Part shown: piece after piece, positions 20,701 to 33,127 of the stretch
Layout: each line of letters starts with the position of its first letter
Position numbering within the stretch: position 1 is the first letter of the stretch
IMG/VR virus record: IMGVR_UViG_3300044796_000141
Location: 36,323 to 100,322 of that record
Reading direction: 5' to 3' (one strand)
DNA: 64,000 nt
Source: a virus
The notes under the pieces: model-generated
What the model was told of the DNA's origin: nothing
Seen by the model: the letters and a program-made list of their open reading frames with translations, nothing else
The model's database searches: none
Made by a program: the position numbers and the translations under genes

Positions 20701-20988
20701 CGCTATTCTATTCCAGTCTACCATGATTTACTTTTTCTATAGGTGATAATATGAGCGCACTGTATCATGTCACAACTAAGAAGAAATTAGCAAAGTATTT
20801 GCAGCATGGTTACATTCAACCTCCCGTTAGAGCATGGAAGTTTATTGCTAGTGCCGAGCGGTTTAGTAAACAAACAGGTAGACGTTTAATAATTCGATTA
20901 GTTAAAGATAAAACCTTTGTTCCATTTGAAGGACACAGAGGCGAAGCATTAATCTCTTTCAATCCCTACAATCTCAAAGGACTATAAG

Positions 20989-21387
20989 ATGAAGCGCAAT
21001 GAAAATGATAAGTTGGTTGCTAAGCATTTCCGCGAAAAGATGCCTGCTGATATTCAGCGCCTTGCCAACCTCGCTTATTGCGACCTTTACTTTGGGCCAT
21101 TGCAGGGATGCGATGTCTGCGGGGCGGACTACACTAGTGACTGTAGCTGTGACGTGCGCTGGCCAGGCTTTAAAGCAGCGGTGAAACGCGTTGGTGAGTG
21201 GGCCGACGCGGAACTAAGTGATGTTTGGCTTGACGCATTCTGTGGACAAGTGTTAGAGAGTGAACCACAAGGCGAGATTGACGTTGAGACTCAAGAATAC
21301 ATTGAACCTAATTTTGAATACGTTTACCACTATGAAACGCGCGATGTGAAGCGCGTTATCTTTGGCGAGGTCGCCGAATACATTTAA
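20989..21387 (+). CDS. Hypothetical protein with Cys cluster
   Basis: CDVCGADYTSDCSCDV. Confidence 0.55.
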   Translation: MKRNENDKLVAKHFREKMPADIQRLANLAYCDLYFGPLQGCDVCGADYTSDCSCDVRWPGFKAAVKRVGEWADAELSDVWLDAFCGQVLESEPQGEIDVETQEYIEPNFEYVYHYETRDVKRVIFGEVAEYI

Positions 21388-21624
21388 GGAGTTTAATATG
21401 GATACGCCGATTACAAAGCTTTTGATTGCACGCTATAAGAATAGCGACCTCAAGAAAAGTAGTCAATGGCTCGCCAACCTTTTCTATGCTACTAACCAAA
21501 ACGAAGCAAATACTCTCACTGACTATCTTAAATATGTAGAATCAGCTAATGACCTTTGCTTGATGGACACCGAAAAAAATCTTAAGGTATTGTTGTGGGC
21601 AGATACACTTCCAAAGGAAACAAA

Positions 21625-22107
21625 ATGAAAAATATTTTTATCTTTAGTTTTATGATTGCTTGTGGCGCGCAAATTGGTCCGTCTGGACCTGCTGGCAAAA
21701 ATGGTTCTAATGGTATCAACGGAACAAACGGTAAAGACGGGAGCAATGCTACGGCTGCATTTACTGGCTCTGCACATTGTGGTGGCGCCCTTGAAAATAC
21801 CTATCTTCAATTTACTTATAGTGTTGATGTTGATGGTAGTGGAAATATTTTTGCAACTGCTGGCGTGTATGGTAATGTCGCTGAATATGGTGCGAGCGCA
21901 AATTATGCTGCTACACAAAACGGAGCACAAACAGCAGCAGTTATTTTTACTTATGATATTGTTCCACCTGCTGATTATGGATTTTGGACCATCTCTCTTG
22001 ATAGAGAAACATTAATTACTACAATTCTTTATCAAGATGTAGACAATACAACTGGACAATCTGTGTGGACTATGCAACGCAATCAATGTGTAATTAACGC
22101 TTATTGA
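21625..22107 (+). CDS. Lipoprotein with short collagen-like repeat
   Basis: MKNIFIFSFMIACG lipobox then GPSGPAGKNGSNGINGTNGKDGSNA Gly-X-Y triplets. Confidence 0.7.
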   Translation: MKNIFIFSFMIACGAQIGPSGPAGKNGSNGINGTNGKDGSNATAAFTGSAHCGGALENTYLQFTYSVDVDGSGNIFATAGVYGNVAEYGASANYAATQNGAQTAAVIFTYDIVPPADYGFWTISLDRETLITTILYQDVDNTTGQSVWTMQRNQCVINAY

Positions 22108-25100
22108 GGAATTAATATGAAACAATCTATTGAAGAATATCTTGCCAACGGCGGCGCAATTCAACGCATTCACTACAAGACATTTGAGCAAGTAAGCCAA
22201 GTCCCTTCACCGGCTGGTATGCGCGGAGTCATTAACGATGGACGCACAACGGCTTATCACGCGCGTCTAGCTGGTATCGCTAGCGGTGCAGCCCGTAGAC
22301 TAAAGTCAGAATTACTTGAAAAGAAAGAATCATTGGAAGGAAATTAAAATGAAAGAAACAGATTATAAAAAAGCATTTGAAGAGTTGCAAGTTAATCTTG
22401 AAGAGCTTACTGAATGGGCTAAGAAAGATACCAGCCGTAGCAGCGAGTGGAAGCAAGGCTATGTGCATATCGCCAAGCAAGTCATTGACGTTTGCAAGCG
22501 CACGCTAGGCACTGCCACGCCACCTGCCCCAGTAGCTAAGCCTGCACCTATTGCCAAGGTCATCGCGTTTCGTAAACACACCTATAAGGCGGACTAAATG
22601 GACTTCAAGCATTGCGACGATTACATTGATGATGAGACACAACCAGAATGTTTGCGAATGGCATTAGCCTATATGCGTCTGCCTGCCAGCGACTTCATTG
22701 AGATTACTAACGGACCGCAATTGTACGCAGAGTATAAAGGAACAGGGTGTCAAGTTAAAGTTGTGTTTGCGAGTCGATTAGGTGACGTAGGTATTGGCGG
22801 ACAAAACGCTGAATCTTATAGTGAAAGAGTTTCATTAAGCAGCTTGTTGAATTTCTCAGATGAGCCTTTGGATTTGCCGTGGTTTAATTTTAATCCTTTT
22901 CGAGCGTCAAGTAAACGAAGGGTAGCATTCCGATGAATAAAACTATCGAAGAATATCTAAAAGGTTTTGGTGGCAAGCCGCGCGACCCTAATCGCATCTA
23001 TCCAATTATGCTTAAGCTTACAGAACTGTGGGCTAACAATCCTGACTTGCGTTTCTGGCAATTGCTTTCAATGCTCAATCCTCACAAGAATGATTTATTC
23101 TATACCGAAGATGATTGGACATTGGCTCGCCTAGAGCAATTGCTTATCGATGGCAAAGTTTAATCGTACTGCAAAAGTTTAAAAGGTGGTTTTATATGCG
23201 CTATTCAGACCAAGGTTATCAATTCGACGCTCCACCTCCCACGTCGGAAAGAAAGTTCTTGACTATAGAGACGATGTGTGGTGTATACCGGGCAGGTACC
23301 CGAGATGACCTATTGACACACGCACTTGACCTCTTGACTTTGCGCGCGGTCTGTAATAGCGTCAGAGCTGATGCATTGGCGGGCATTCATTTTCCTGAAG
23401 CGTTTGAAGAACCGACTTGTGATAAATGTTTTAATATTTTAGTTAGATTAAAAGCAATCAAATAAAGGTGGAGCTTATGCTGTTATTGATAATGTCTCTC
23501 TCTGTTACGCAAGAATGTACTGTCGTTCAAGAATGGAATAAAGAAGTTACTCTTAAGGCTATTCGGATTATTGAGTCAGGCGATGGCAAGAATGTAGACC
23601 ACGAAGTTATTACTCGCGGTATCGATACTGGAACTAAAGCTTTTGGAAAATATGGCTTGACAATCTCTCTCATTAAGGATGTAGTGTTTCATAGTCCGCG
23701 CCTTATGAAGAAGCATGCGACTGTATTAGATATGAATAACGAAGAACTTAATCAATATATGTCATATAACCACGAACTAGAAGAAGAGGTTGCTTCTCGC
23801 TTCTATGACAGAATTGTGAAAGAAGTTGGCGCATCTAATCCCGACCTTATCTATTTGTGCTGGCTAAATGGTATTGTCGGCGCTCAGCAGTATCTTACAA
23901 AGCATGAGCTTAAAGACCATGCTATTGCCAACAAAGTATTAATAAGCTATTATAAGGAAATGAAATACGATGAAAAAACCTACGAAGCTTCAACCACTAA
24001 CTAAACCAAAAACTTTAAGTGAAGCAGTTGCTTTAGTTAAAGAATGTAGAAAAGTTCTTGACGATGTATCGCATGGACTTGGCGGTGCTGGTTTAGCTAA
24101 AGAAGCAAAGACTGCGTTTGATATTGTTATTAAAGCTGCTCAAAAAAACAAAAAGGTTAAATAATGACTCAATCTAATCAAGAAAAGATTCGTATTGCAC
24201 GCATGCGTCTAGCTACTGTTCGTGGCAGCATTGCCTGGCATGTTGATATGGCGCGATGTCTAAAAGATATTGGTCTTGAAAAAGAATATATTGCCGAAGG
24301 TGTAATGATTCGGGAAGCAACGCAAGAAATGATGAATCTTATTAAATTCATTTCTTACGCCAATAAGGAAACTGCTTAGATGAATGATTTAGAAACATAT
24401 AATATTCTAATGAATATTAAAAATTTATTGACGAATGGGACATTTGACCAGGCTGTTAATTATTTTAATTCACTAGATGACAACGCTCCCAATAAAAAAA
24501 TCAAAAGACTTTTTGTAAAGCTTGAAGATTATGTAAAGCTTATCAACGAAGAGATTGAGCAAGACAAACAAAACACATTCTTACTTGGTCAACAAAAAGC
24601 CTTTGAAGATGTTCTTTATATGTTTGAAGCAATGTTTGAAAAGGAAATTAAAGATGCGTAAATGTATTCTTTGTAATGAATTGACAAATGGTTCTATTGG
24701 AGCCGCTGGATATGCATGGAGTTTCATTTGCCAGCCCTGTAAAGATAAAGAAGATAGTGCATTAGCTGACCGTATGCGCGGAGAGTGCTTGCTATTTAAT
24801 AAGGTTTTTGATAAGATTTTTAAGGAAGCAAAATGAATTACACTGAAGCTTATGTGCCTTGCGCTTGTCGCAGTCCACAACATTTGATAGTTCTTCAAAA
24901 GTTTGATGATAATGAGCGATATATAAGCTTTCAGCTCTCACCATTTCTTCCCTTTTGGCAAAGAGTTATTGCAATCTTTAAGTATCTTACTCAACCAAGA
25001 CAATCAGTTATTTGGGATGAAGTTATTTTAGATGATAAAGCTTTATATGATTTTCGTCTTTGGTTAACCGATAATAAAGTTGCTGTTGTGCCGCCGACCG

Positions 25101-25144
25101 AAGAAGCTCCAGAACCAATTAAAACTTCAGAACAGGAGTAAATT

Positions 25145-25702
25145 ATGAGTGATGAAAAAGTTGATAAACTTCTTGAAGAAGTACAAAATATAATTGATAA
25201 ACGCGACCCAGAAGTAGAAAAAATTATGGCAGAATTTAAAGCCAAAGATGAAGAGCGTGCACGCATTCGTAAACTTCCTATTGCCGGCAAAGACGAATGG
25301 GATGAAGTTGGTACAATTGGTGTTGATGCCGGTTTGTGTTGGGTAGGCGACCCCTGCTATATCATTCACCATAATGACGATGATAAGGGAGACCAAAATA
25401 AAGAACTTGGTAAAAATTGGCATGAGTTTTGTGATAGTCTTTGGAATAAGGAAGAAGTAGCCGCCAAAGCAATGCACGATAAGGGCTTTCAAGGGGCGCC
25501 GGCTGTTCAATTTAATTATGATTTAGGGCATCCAGGTTTAGGCGTTTGTGTCCAATCAGGATATGGCGACGGTTCTTATCCTGTTTATGTTAGACGCAAT
25601 CATGAAGGTAGAATCATTGAGCTTAAGGTTGTCTTTGCCGATGCAGATGACCCAGGCTTTGGCTTTGGCGATGACGAGCCAGAAGAATGCGATTGTGAAT
25701 AA
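25145..25702 (+). CDS. Hypothetical protein
   Basis: ORF track; DAGLCWVGDPCYIIH...SGYGDGSYPVYVRRN. Confidence 0.6.
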   Translation: MSDEKVDKLLEEVQNIIDKRDPEVEKIMAEFKAKDEERARIRKLPIAGKDEWDEVGTIGVDAGLCWVGDPCYIIHHNDDDKGDQNKELGKNWHEFCDSLWNKEEVAAKAMHDKGFQGAPAVQFNYDLGHPGLGVCVQSGYGDGSYPVYVRRNHEGRIIELKVVFADADDPGFGFGDDEPEECDCE

Positions 25703-27623
25703 TATGAATGAAGATACGTGGGAAGAATATGGCCGCGATTTTTATGAATATAAAGAAAAAGTTAAAGAACTTGAAGCTCGCACATTAAAAGCTATTTCTG
25801 AATTGAATAAGCTGCGCGACAAATCACAAGCTCACGAATGGATGCGTCTACAAGGCAAAGCAGAAGGTGTAGATTTAGTCTTGCAATATATTAGGGAAAT
25901 GCTTTGATTAAGCTGTTTTTTATAAAGGTTGCATTCTGGCAACCACGCCCATATATTGGATTTGCTAAAGACGGGCCAGTATCATGGTGGTTTTACAGCT
26001 ACTTTCCTAATTGCGAAACAAACCAATCAGACGAAACTTCACTAGTAGAACAAAACAAATTAGGTAAACTTTGGTTTGAATTCTGGTGGAAACTCGCAAC
26101 CATTATAAGGACTTAATATGGAAGAAAAAGAACAAGTCTTTGATGCAATTTATAGAGGTATCAATGCATTTCCTCATTTGCGCGCCGGACAAATTATTGA
26201 CAATGCCTGCTACCTTGCTGGTAAACGCCCTGGTACAATCTCAAACAAAGACTTGACACTCGCCTTGATTGATTATATTAAAACCTACAAACCGAAAGAA
26301 AAGAAATGATTAACGCACGGAAATACCTGTTTCAGGCTGCTGAGAAACTTGAGAATAAGCCCAAAAGCGGCGTAAATATCGACATTGATACTGCCACCTT
26401 TGCCGTCGAAAAGGCGCGGGAAGAGGCTTTAGAACTAGCTACGCGAGCAGTTTATAAGCTTGCAACTTGCCCAATTACATTCAGCTACGAAGAAATGTTA
26501 AGCGTTGCTCGCGAAGCCGCTGGCCTTAAATAAGGAAATAGTATGACTGAATATTATATTCGATATCTTGTAAAGGGACAAAAGTTTATTACTCAGCATT
26601 TTACTGGTATCAACGCATACGAACATGCCGTAACCAGTGCGCAAAAGATTGCTGAAGACAACAAAGGAACTTCAGTTTATTTTGGTAGTAAAGATTGTCA
26701 TTCATTGGATGAAAAGCGGTTCTGCTGGGATAATGGTTATTGGAAGCGCGTAGTTGAATATTGCTGTAATGATTAAAAGGAATTAATATGCTTAGATTTT
26801 TAGTTTCTTGGAAGTTTTTAGTTTTGTATATGGCTTTTGGCTTGTCTGTTGTGGTCTACAAGGCGCACCAAAGAGCGCCAGGAAGCACACCAGCGAAGCG
26901 TCATGGTAGAGCCTGCTAGCCAGCCTTCACCTGGTTATTTGTTTGACATTTCTCTCGGTACCGTTTATTGTGGCAACTACGCAGAAACTAGTTGCGGTAT
27001 TAAATTGTGGAATTGTGGTAGTGAAGCAGTTTATTATTGCCAACTAAATGTTCGCAAAAGAGATAGAGATTAAAAATGCAACCATGCACTGGCGGGAAAT
27101 ATACAGTTTACGCAATTGGTAGATTTCTTTTTTCATTTTATTTGTTTGATAAAACTCTTACAATATTGCCAGCAATTGAGTTGTGTTGGGATAAAAAGAA
27201 TTTTAATCAATATTTAGATATTTCTTTTTTAAATTTCTCTTTTGTAATAGAGGTCGAAGATGAATGAAATTCTTCCAGATTGTATCAAGTGTAAACTTCC
27301 TATTACAAAGGAAGATGTTCAAATGTATGAAAAACTTAAACCTAATCCAATTAAGTATCCTAAATACATTCCACAAAAATATCCAAAAGTTTGTGCCGTC
27401 TGCGTTTATTACGCAATTATGCACGATATTAAAGAAGATGTTGAGCATGAGCAATGAAAGTACATATTTTATATTTTGAATTACCGCGCAGTGATTATGC
27501 TTGCATTATGAGTGTTCATGCTACAAAAGAGTTAGCAGAAAAAGAATTAAATAAACGCGTTGCTGCCAATCCAAATTATGAAAAAGCTGAATGGTTTACT
27601 ATAACAGAATGGGAAGTTGAGCA

Positions 27624-27953
27624 ATGAAATATCTATTCTTACTATCGCTAATGGCTTGCGCTCCATTGGATGGTATTGATGAAGTGATTGACCTGCGAAA
27701 TAGAGCTTTTCGCGAAGGTACAGCGCTGCGTCTAAAAGATGGTAGACTCATTGCCGTTCAAGTTATTACTATGCCAGTAGGCCAAGATGGTAAGTGTGGA
27801 GAATGGAAGGCACCTGATAAAATCATTTTATTTAATGATTCTACTCGTTGCAGCAGATTAGAATTAATGCTTCAACATGAGTTAGGACATGCGTATGGAT
27901 TGCCTCATACGTTAACTGGCATTATGGCGCCGGTACCAAACGAGGAACCTTAA
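27624..27953 (+). CDS. Metzincin-like metalloprotease lipoprotein
   Basis: LMACAP lipobox; LQHELGHAYGLPHTLTGIMAP. Confidence 0.8.
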   Translation: MKYLFLLSLMACAPLDGIDEVIDLRNRAFREGTALRLKDGRLIAVQVITMPVGQDGKCGEWKAPDKIILFNDSTRCSRLELMLQHELGHAYGLPHTLTGIMAPVPNEEP

Positions 27954-28610
27954 ATATCTTGATGAGTGAATTTGACAAGCTATTTATTTACTATTCTGCT
28001 CTAGTTTTTGAAGCTTTTATAGCTTGGCATTTAGTATATGTAATTTTGAAATGGAAAAATTTTATGCAACCTTTAATTAAAGCTCTTAATTTTGTATTTG
28101 GTAATCCTTACGTTTATTATTTCTATGCAGCTCTCTCTGCAATCAATATCTATTTTGCACTAGAGGTTATGTCAGTCAATAGAGACTTGGGTACCAAGTG
28201 GGGTATTATTAATACTTTGTGCTTTGTTTGGTTCATTTATCGTGCGCGCCAAATCAAAGCACAAAGAGAATTAAAGAAGGGTCGCTAATATGATTGTTTA
28301 TTTAGTTTCTTCTGGCAGCTATTCAGATTGGTCTATTGATTCTCTTTGGTCTACCAAAGAAAAAGCAGAAGAGCGAATTAAGATTGTAAAAGCCAATTCT
28401 TATTGGCGCGCTTTAGAAGGTACAAAAAAATATATTAATGAATTTGCTGGTGGTACTACGCCGGCTTATTACCAAGCCAAGCTAGAACGACTTGAAAAGA
28501 TGAACCCGATTGACTATGACGGCGGCGAAATCAATGAAGAGATTGATGAATTTGAATTAGATAATGAAGAAGATTTAAAGATTCTTCAGCCTCTTACAAA
28601 AGGATAATTT

Positions 28611-29552
28611 ATGTCATTGAAGTCTTATAATATTTTAATGTTTTCCCGTTTTTATGATGGCGGCATAGACGCTTGCTGGTCTGTCAATGAAGAAACGTGT
28701 GACTTTCTTTATAAAGCGCCCAATGAAATGGAAGCTATTCGAGAATACATTAGAGTATTGCGTGAAGAGTCTGGCGTGACTATGATGTCAGGCGATAATT
28801 GCTTCGATGACGCCAAATGGAATACCAGTACTAAAGTTTATGAAGATTATATCAATATGGAAGACCCCGACATTGTAATGGAGGTGTTTTTTCCAGTTGA
28901 AAGCGGAATTATTAAAGATTTTGATGATAGTACTGCTAAAGGTACTTCTATTGAAGCTTCACTTAAAAAACTTAAACTAATTTATGGCAAGTGGGATGGC
29001 AATGCTACCACTAGACCATTTTTAGGTCCACAGAAAAAGTACAAAGGTTATCCAATTTACGAAACTGGTATTCCTAGTCAATACAGTACTAAATACTTTA
29101 AAAATAAGACTATTGGCTACGTTCCACCTGAAACAAAAATCCCGCCTATTGCACCAGGCGCTGGATATGAACACCCGTTCTTTAAAGATGAATTCAATGA
29201 TTATAGAGTTGCTGTTAATACTTGGTTTCTTACTTTAAAGACTAAAGATAAGCTTTATCCAGGAATAAACGTCGATACAAAAGAAGAAGATTATTGTTAC
29301 CTCTATAAAGATATAAAAATGGCTAAACAATATCCCTTTTCTATTCCTGACTATATCTTTTCGCGCGACCTAGAAGAAGAAATTCTTAAGAAAGAAATTT
29401 CTTTTGAAGGTATTGACCCTGCTGTCAAACGCTTAATGAATAGCGTTATGCCAATGCATGGCCAAGACTGCTGTCCTAAGTGTGGCAATGTAGGTAAGTG
29501 GGTGCGCGCTTCTATTGTTTGTGAAACGCACGGAAGATTTGGTGGATTGTAG
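28611..29552 (+). CDS. Hypothetical protein with C-terminal zinc ribbon
   Basis: CCPKCGNVGKWVRASIVCETHGRFGG. Confidence 0.6.
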   Translation: MSLKSYNILMFSRFYDGGIDACWSVNEETCDFLYKAPNEMEAIREYIRVLREESGVTMMSGDNCFDDAKWNTSTKVYEDYINMEDPDIVMEVFFPVESGIIKDFDDSTAKGTSIEASLKKLKLIYGKWDGNATTRPFLGPQKKYKGYPIYETGIPSQYSTKYFKNKTIGYVPPETKIPPIAPGAGYEHPFFKDEFNDYRVAVNTWFLTLKTKDKLYPGINVDTKEEDYCYLYKDIKMAKQYPFSIPDYIFSRDLEEEILKKEISFEGIDPAVKRLMNSVMPMHGQDCCPKCGNVGKWVRASIVCETHGRFGGL

Positions 29553-29554
29553 TC

Positions 29555-29584
29555 TTGACAAAAAACGCAAAGCTATGCTAGAGT
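29555..29584 (+). promoter_or_regulatory. Sigma70-like promoter, extended -10
   Basis: TTGACA-18 nt-TGC-TAGAGT. Confidence 0.6.
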
Positions 29585-29730
29585 TGTGAAGCTTGGCAAG
29601 CGGTTGTGGCCAGACCAAAGAGAATGTTAGGGCTGTAATGGCTCCTTCTAATTGGGTTTTCGACAACGGGAGAACTGCGTTGGAGCCAAACAGGAAATAC
29701 TTGACTGATAGGAAAGAGACTATCATTTAA
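29585..29730 (+). ncRNA. Candidate structured non-coding RNA or 5' leader
   Basis: Begins after promoter; GGCTCC...GGAGCC and CAACG/CGTTG complementarities, TGATAG-gaaagaga-CTATCA hairpin near 29720; no plausible ORF. Confidence 0.4.
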
Positions 29731-29777
29731 ATTATGTACTTAAACTAATCATTTCAAAATAAAAAGGACCATTCACA

Positions 29778-31637
29778 ATGAATATTTTTCAAAAACTTAA
29801 ATACCATTTTCTATCTAAAGATAATAAAATTCTTTACTATAATCATAATTTTTATACTGGAGAGTATAAGATTTATGAGCAGCAAATTAAAGCAGCAAAT
29901 GAAATTTATAATAAATTTACAAATGGAGAAAAGCATGTGTTGCTTATTTCTTCTCCACAGGCTGGCAAAACTATAACTGCCGACCATACCGCTCTTCTTA
30001 TGATGGAAAGAATTAAAAATAATAAATCATTTATTGAAAATCAAAAACAACTAAAGGTTTATTATGTGCTTACGTTAAGCAGTACTGAGCTAAAAACACA
30101 TTTAGAAAAAAATGTAAATAAAGCTTTTGAATTTTATTCTGAATTAGGAATGAAATTTCCCTTTATTAAAATTCTTCATTCTGATGACCTAAAAACAAAA
30201 ACAAAAAAGTACAAAGAATTAAACGAACAAATTAAAGAAGATGTCGATAACGGATTTGTTGTTATGGTAATCAATGACGAGTGTCACGCCGGACAAGGAA
30301 AAGGAGGAATTTACAATAAAAATTTACTAAAGCGTTTCAACGTAGATTTGCGTAAACCAAGGGAAAATTGGCCACAAAATTTGTTTTTGTTGTCTATTTC
30401 TGCGACGCCATTTGCAGCGGCTCTTGCCGCTCAATCTTATCCACCTATTTTTGATTTTGTAGTTTTGAAAACTTCAAAAGAATACTTTTCAGTAGAAAAA
30501 ATTCTCGCATCAGGAAGATTTCACCCAACAGAAGACAAAAAGCTTTTAGATGTTTATAAAGATAAAAATGGAAATGAACGCAAAAATCTAGAAGATGTTT
30601 TAGATACTACTTTTCAGTATTATGAATCAGTTAATAGAAAAACTGGCGTTGCTATACTTAGAATGGGAAGTAGTAAAAACAAAAAAGAAATAAAAGAAAT
30701 TATTTTTCGCGAATGCAATAAAAAAGGCATTAATCCAATTATTAATTCGTATGGTGACCACGACGGCGCGGACGGAAGTATTCAAGAAGCAAAAAAATTA
30801 CTAGAAAGTAGTTCAGAATTTTTAGAGGCAGGTTATGGAAAAAACACAGTTATATTTGCATTAATTTTTAATGCTTTTGCGGCAGGAAGTGATATTTCAT
30901 TTACAGGAAAAAATAAAGAGTTCGGAAGAGCAAACTGCCTATTGTGGTATGAGCCCGCCATGAGCGATTTAGAAAAAGTAGATTCTTATATTCAAAGAAT
31001 TATGAGAAATGGAGGATATGGACGTGAAAATTTAATGTATCCTATTTTTGGTTCGCGCAGACTTATGGAAAAAGTAAAGGATTTTTACACTAATCCAGAA
31101 AAATATCTAAAATATAATCCATTAAATGGGATTATTGAAGTTCCAAAAGGAAATGGAATTATTAATGAAGGTGGTAAAAAAATAAAATATAAATCATTTG
31201 CATTTTATTCACTAGACGAAATTAAAGAATTTCTTAAAGAAGAAGGTATTGAAACTATATCTGGCGTAAACAAGATTCCAACAAATCATAGTTACGATGC
31301 GTCTAAAGATATCGTAAATGACAAAAACAGACAGGGAACAAGTCCAAAAGATAGAGAATTAAAAAGAAGTAGAATTTGGGACATTTCGGAAAAAACTGGA
31401 AAATATGTAGAGTGTGGAAAAGTTCTTAAGCATAAAGACGGAACAGAAATGACTAAGGAAGAACAAATAAAAGAAATCGCCGCGCGCACGCAAAGCTGGG
31501 AAATGTTAAGAGCAAAATATGGTTCAAAAAATTACCTTGTTTTTATTGAAGACGGCTTTGAAAATTTTGAACAAACTTTCGATGAAAAGCACATTCTTTC
31601 ACCAAATACTAAAGAAATTTCTTTACAACTACAATGA
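29778..31637 (+). CDS. SF2-type helicase/ATPase
   Basis: Walker A-like SSPQAGKT, DECH box (INDECHAGQ), SISATPF motif III. Confidence 0.75.
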   Translation: MNIFQKLKYHFLSKDNKILYYNHNFYTGEYKIYEQQIKAANEIYNKFTNGEKHVLLISSPQAGKTITADHTALLMMERIKNNKSFIENQKQLKVYYVLTLSSTELKTHLEKNVNKAFEFYSELGMKFPFIKILHSDDLKTKTKKYKELNEQIKEDVDNGFVVMVINDECHAGQGKGGIYNKNLLKRFNVDLRKPRENWPQNLFLLSISATPFAAALAAQSYPPIFDFVVLKTSKEYFSVEKILASGRFHPTEDKKLLDVYKDKNGNERKNLEDVLDTTFQYYESVNRKTGVAILRMGSSKNKKEIKEIIFRECNKKGINPIINSYGDHDGADGSIQEAKKLLESSSEFLEAGYGKNTVIFALIFNAFAAGSDISFTGKNKEFGRANCLLWYEPAMSDLEKVDSYIQRIMRNGGYGRENLMYPIFGSRRLMEKVKDFYTNPEKYLKYNPLNGIIEVPKGNGIINEGGKKIKYKSFAFYSLDEIKEFLKEEGIETISGVNKIPTNHSYDASKDIVNDKNRQGTSPKDRELKRSRIWDISEKTGKYVECGKVLKHKDGTEMTKEEQIKEIAARTQSWEMLRAKYGSKNYLVFIEDGFENFEQTFDEKHILSPNTKEISLQLQ

Positions 31638-31656
31638 TGCAAAGGTATCATGACCT

Positions 31657-32452
31657 ATGATTTTTAGATATCCAGGCAGCAAGAAAAAACTAATGAAATT
31701 TATCATGCCACACATAGATAAGATGATTATTGGACATGATAACTTCTATGATGTTTTTGTTGGAGGTCGGCTCTGTAGCTATAGCGGTAGCTAAAAAATA
31801 TCCAGATGTTAATATATATATGAACGATTTAAATGAAAATATATTTTGTTTTTGGAAGATTATATCAGAAAATAAACCAGAAGAAATATTTCAATTAAAA
31901 AGTTTAATTGAAAAAATTCCTACAATTGAATTATTTATATATAACAAAAATACAAAACCAATTACAAATATAGAAAAAGCATATTATGCGATATTTTTTA
32001 ATCGTTGTACGTTTTCTGGAATCGAAACTGCTGGACCTATTGGTGGATTAAAACAAGAAAGCAAATGGAAAGTAAATTGTAGATATAATCTAAAAAAGAT
32101 TCACAAATCAATAGATGATTTAGTAAAGTTATTTTCAGGAAGATTGACTTGTACCAATTATGATTTTAGTTTGTTTTTAGAAAAGTATAACAATGGAATG
32201 TTTTATTTAGACCCTCCCTATTATAAACAAGGAAAGAATTTATATTCTTGCTTTATGAAACCAGAAGAACATTTATTATTAAAAAATAAATTATCTTCAA
32301 TAAATAATTGGTTGTTGTCTTATGATAATTGTGAAGAAGTTCGTTTTATGTATCCCGACCAAAATATAGAATATATAGATGCAAAATATTGTATTGACGG
32401 GATAAAAGAAAATTGGAAAATGTGTAAAGAAATTTTAGTTAAAAATAATTAA
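31657..32452 (+). CDS. Dam-type (D12 class) DNA adenine methyltransferase with CGG +1 shift site
   Basis: MIFRYPGSKKKL...YDVFVGG|GSVAIAVAKKYP (skip C31768) ...MFYLDPPYYKQG. Confidence 0.88.
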
Positions 32453-32691
32453 GGAGATAATATGAAAAATGCATTAGCTTCTATTAGTGTTCTTGGTTTG
32501 ATTGTTTTTATTGCTCTGTGCTTTGGACCTTTGGCTTTGTCTATATATGGCATTGTATTAGCTTTTAAGGCAAGCGCAGTCGTTGGATTGCTAGCTCTTC
32601 TTGTTGAGCCCTCGCCACTTATCATTGGGTTTGCTGCGTTCTTTTGTCATGTTGACTTGGCTCAGCGTATGGCCCAAGCGTTGGGGTTGCA

Positions 32692-32925
32692 ATGAAATAT
32701 TTATTTTGTTTGATGCTTATTGGCTGTACTGATGCTGAATTTGCTAACCTTACTACGCTTGGCGATTCTGGACATGTTAAATGTTATTCAGGTGGTGAAG
32801 TAATTTATGAAGGCGATTCAACTGGTAAGATTGCCACCACTTCGCAAAGCGACGGTTGGGAATTTAAAGAGGCTGCTACCGGCAAGTTTGTCCGCGTGAG
32901 CGGAACTTGTGTTATTAAGAACTAA
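32692..32925 (+). CDS. Small lipoprotein
   Basis: MKYLFCLMLIGCT lipobox. Confidence 0.6.
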   Translation: MKYLFCLMLIGCTDAEFANLTTLGDSGHVKCYSGGEVIYEGDSTGKIATTSQSDGWEFKEAATGKFVRVSGTCVIKN

Positions 32926-33127
32926 TATGAAATATCTATTATTAACTTTGATGACTAGCTGTTATGCTTTTCCACAATCCACTTGTTTAAATCAATGCGT
33001 ATATGAACAAGTCCAATCCTTCAAAAATTCTGTAGAAAAAGCTAATGAGGTTTGTTTAAGAGTTTGCTTACCTCCAGAAGTTAAAAAGTAGTTCGTCCAG
33101 CGCCACTATGACAGATTGAAATGTGAG

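Noticed and set aside
31768-31770. Systematic sequencing or assembly error adding C before GG
   Set aside because: Not fully excluded. Most GG dinucleotides in the same genes have no extra C, the insertions are only in-frame CGG, and the G37 tRNA independently predicts them. Read-level checks are still needed.
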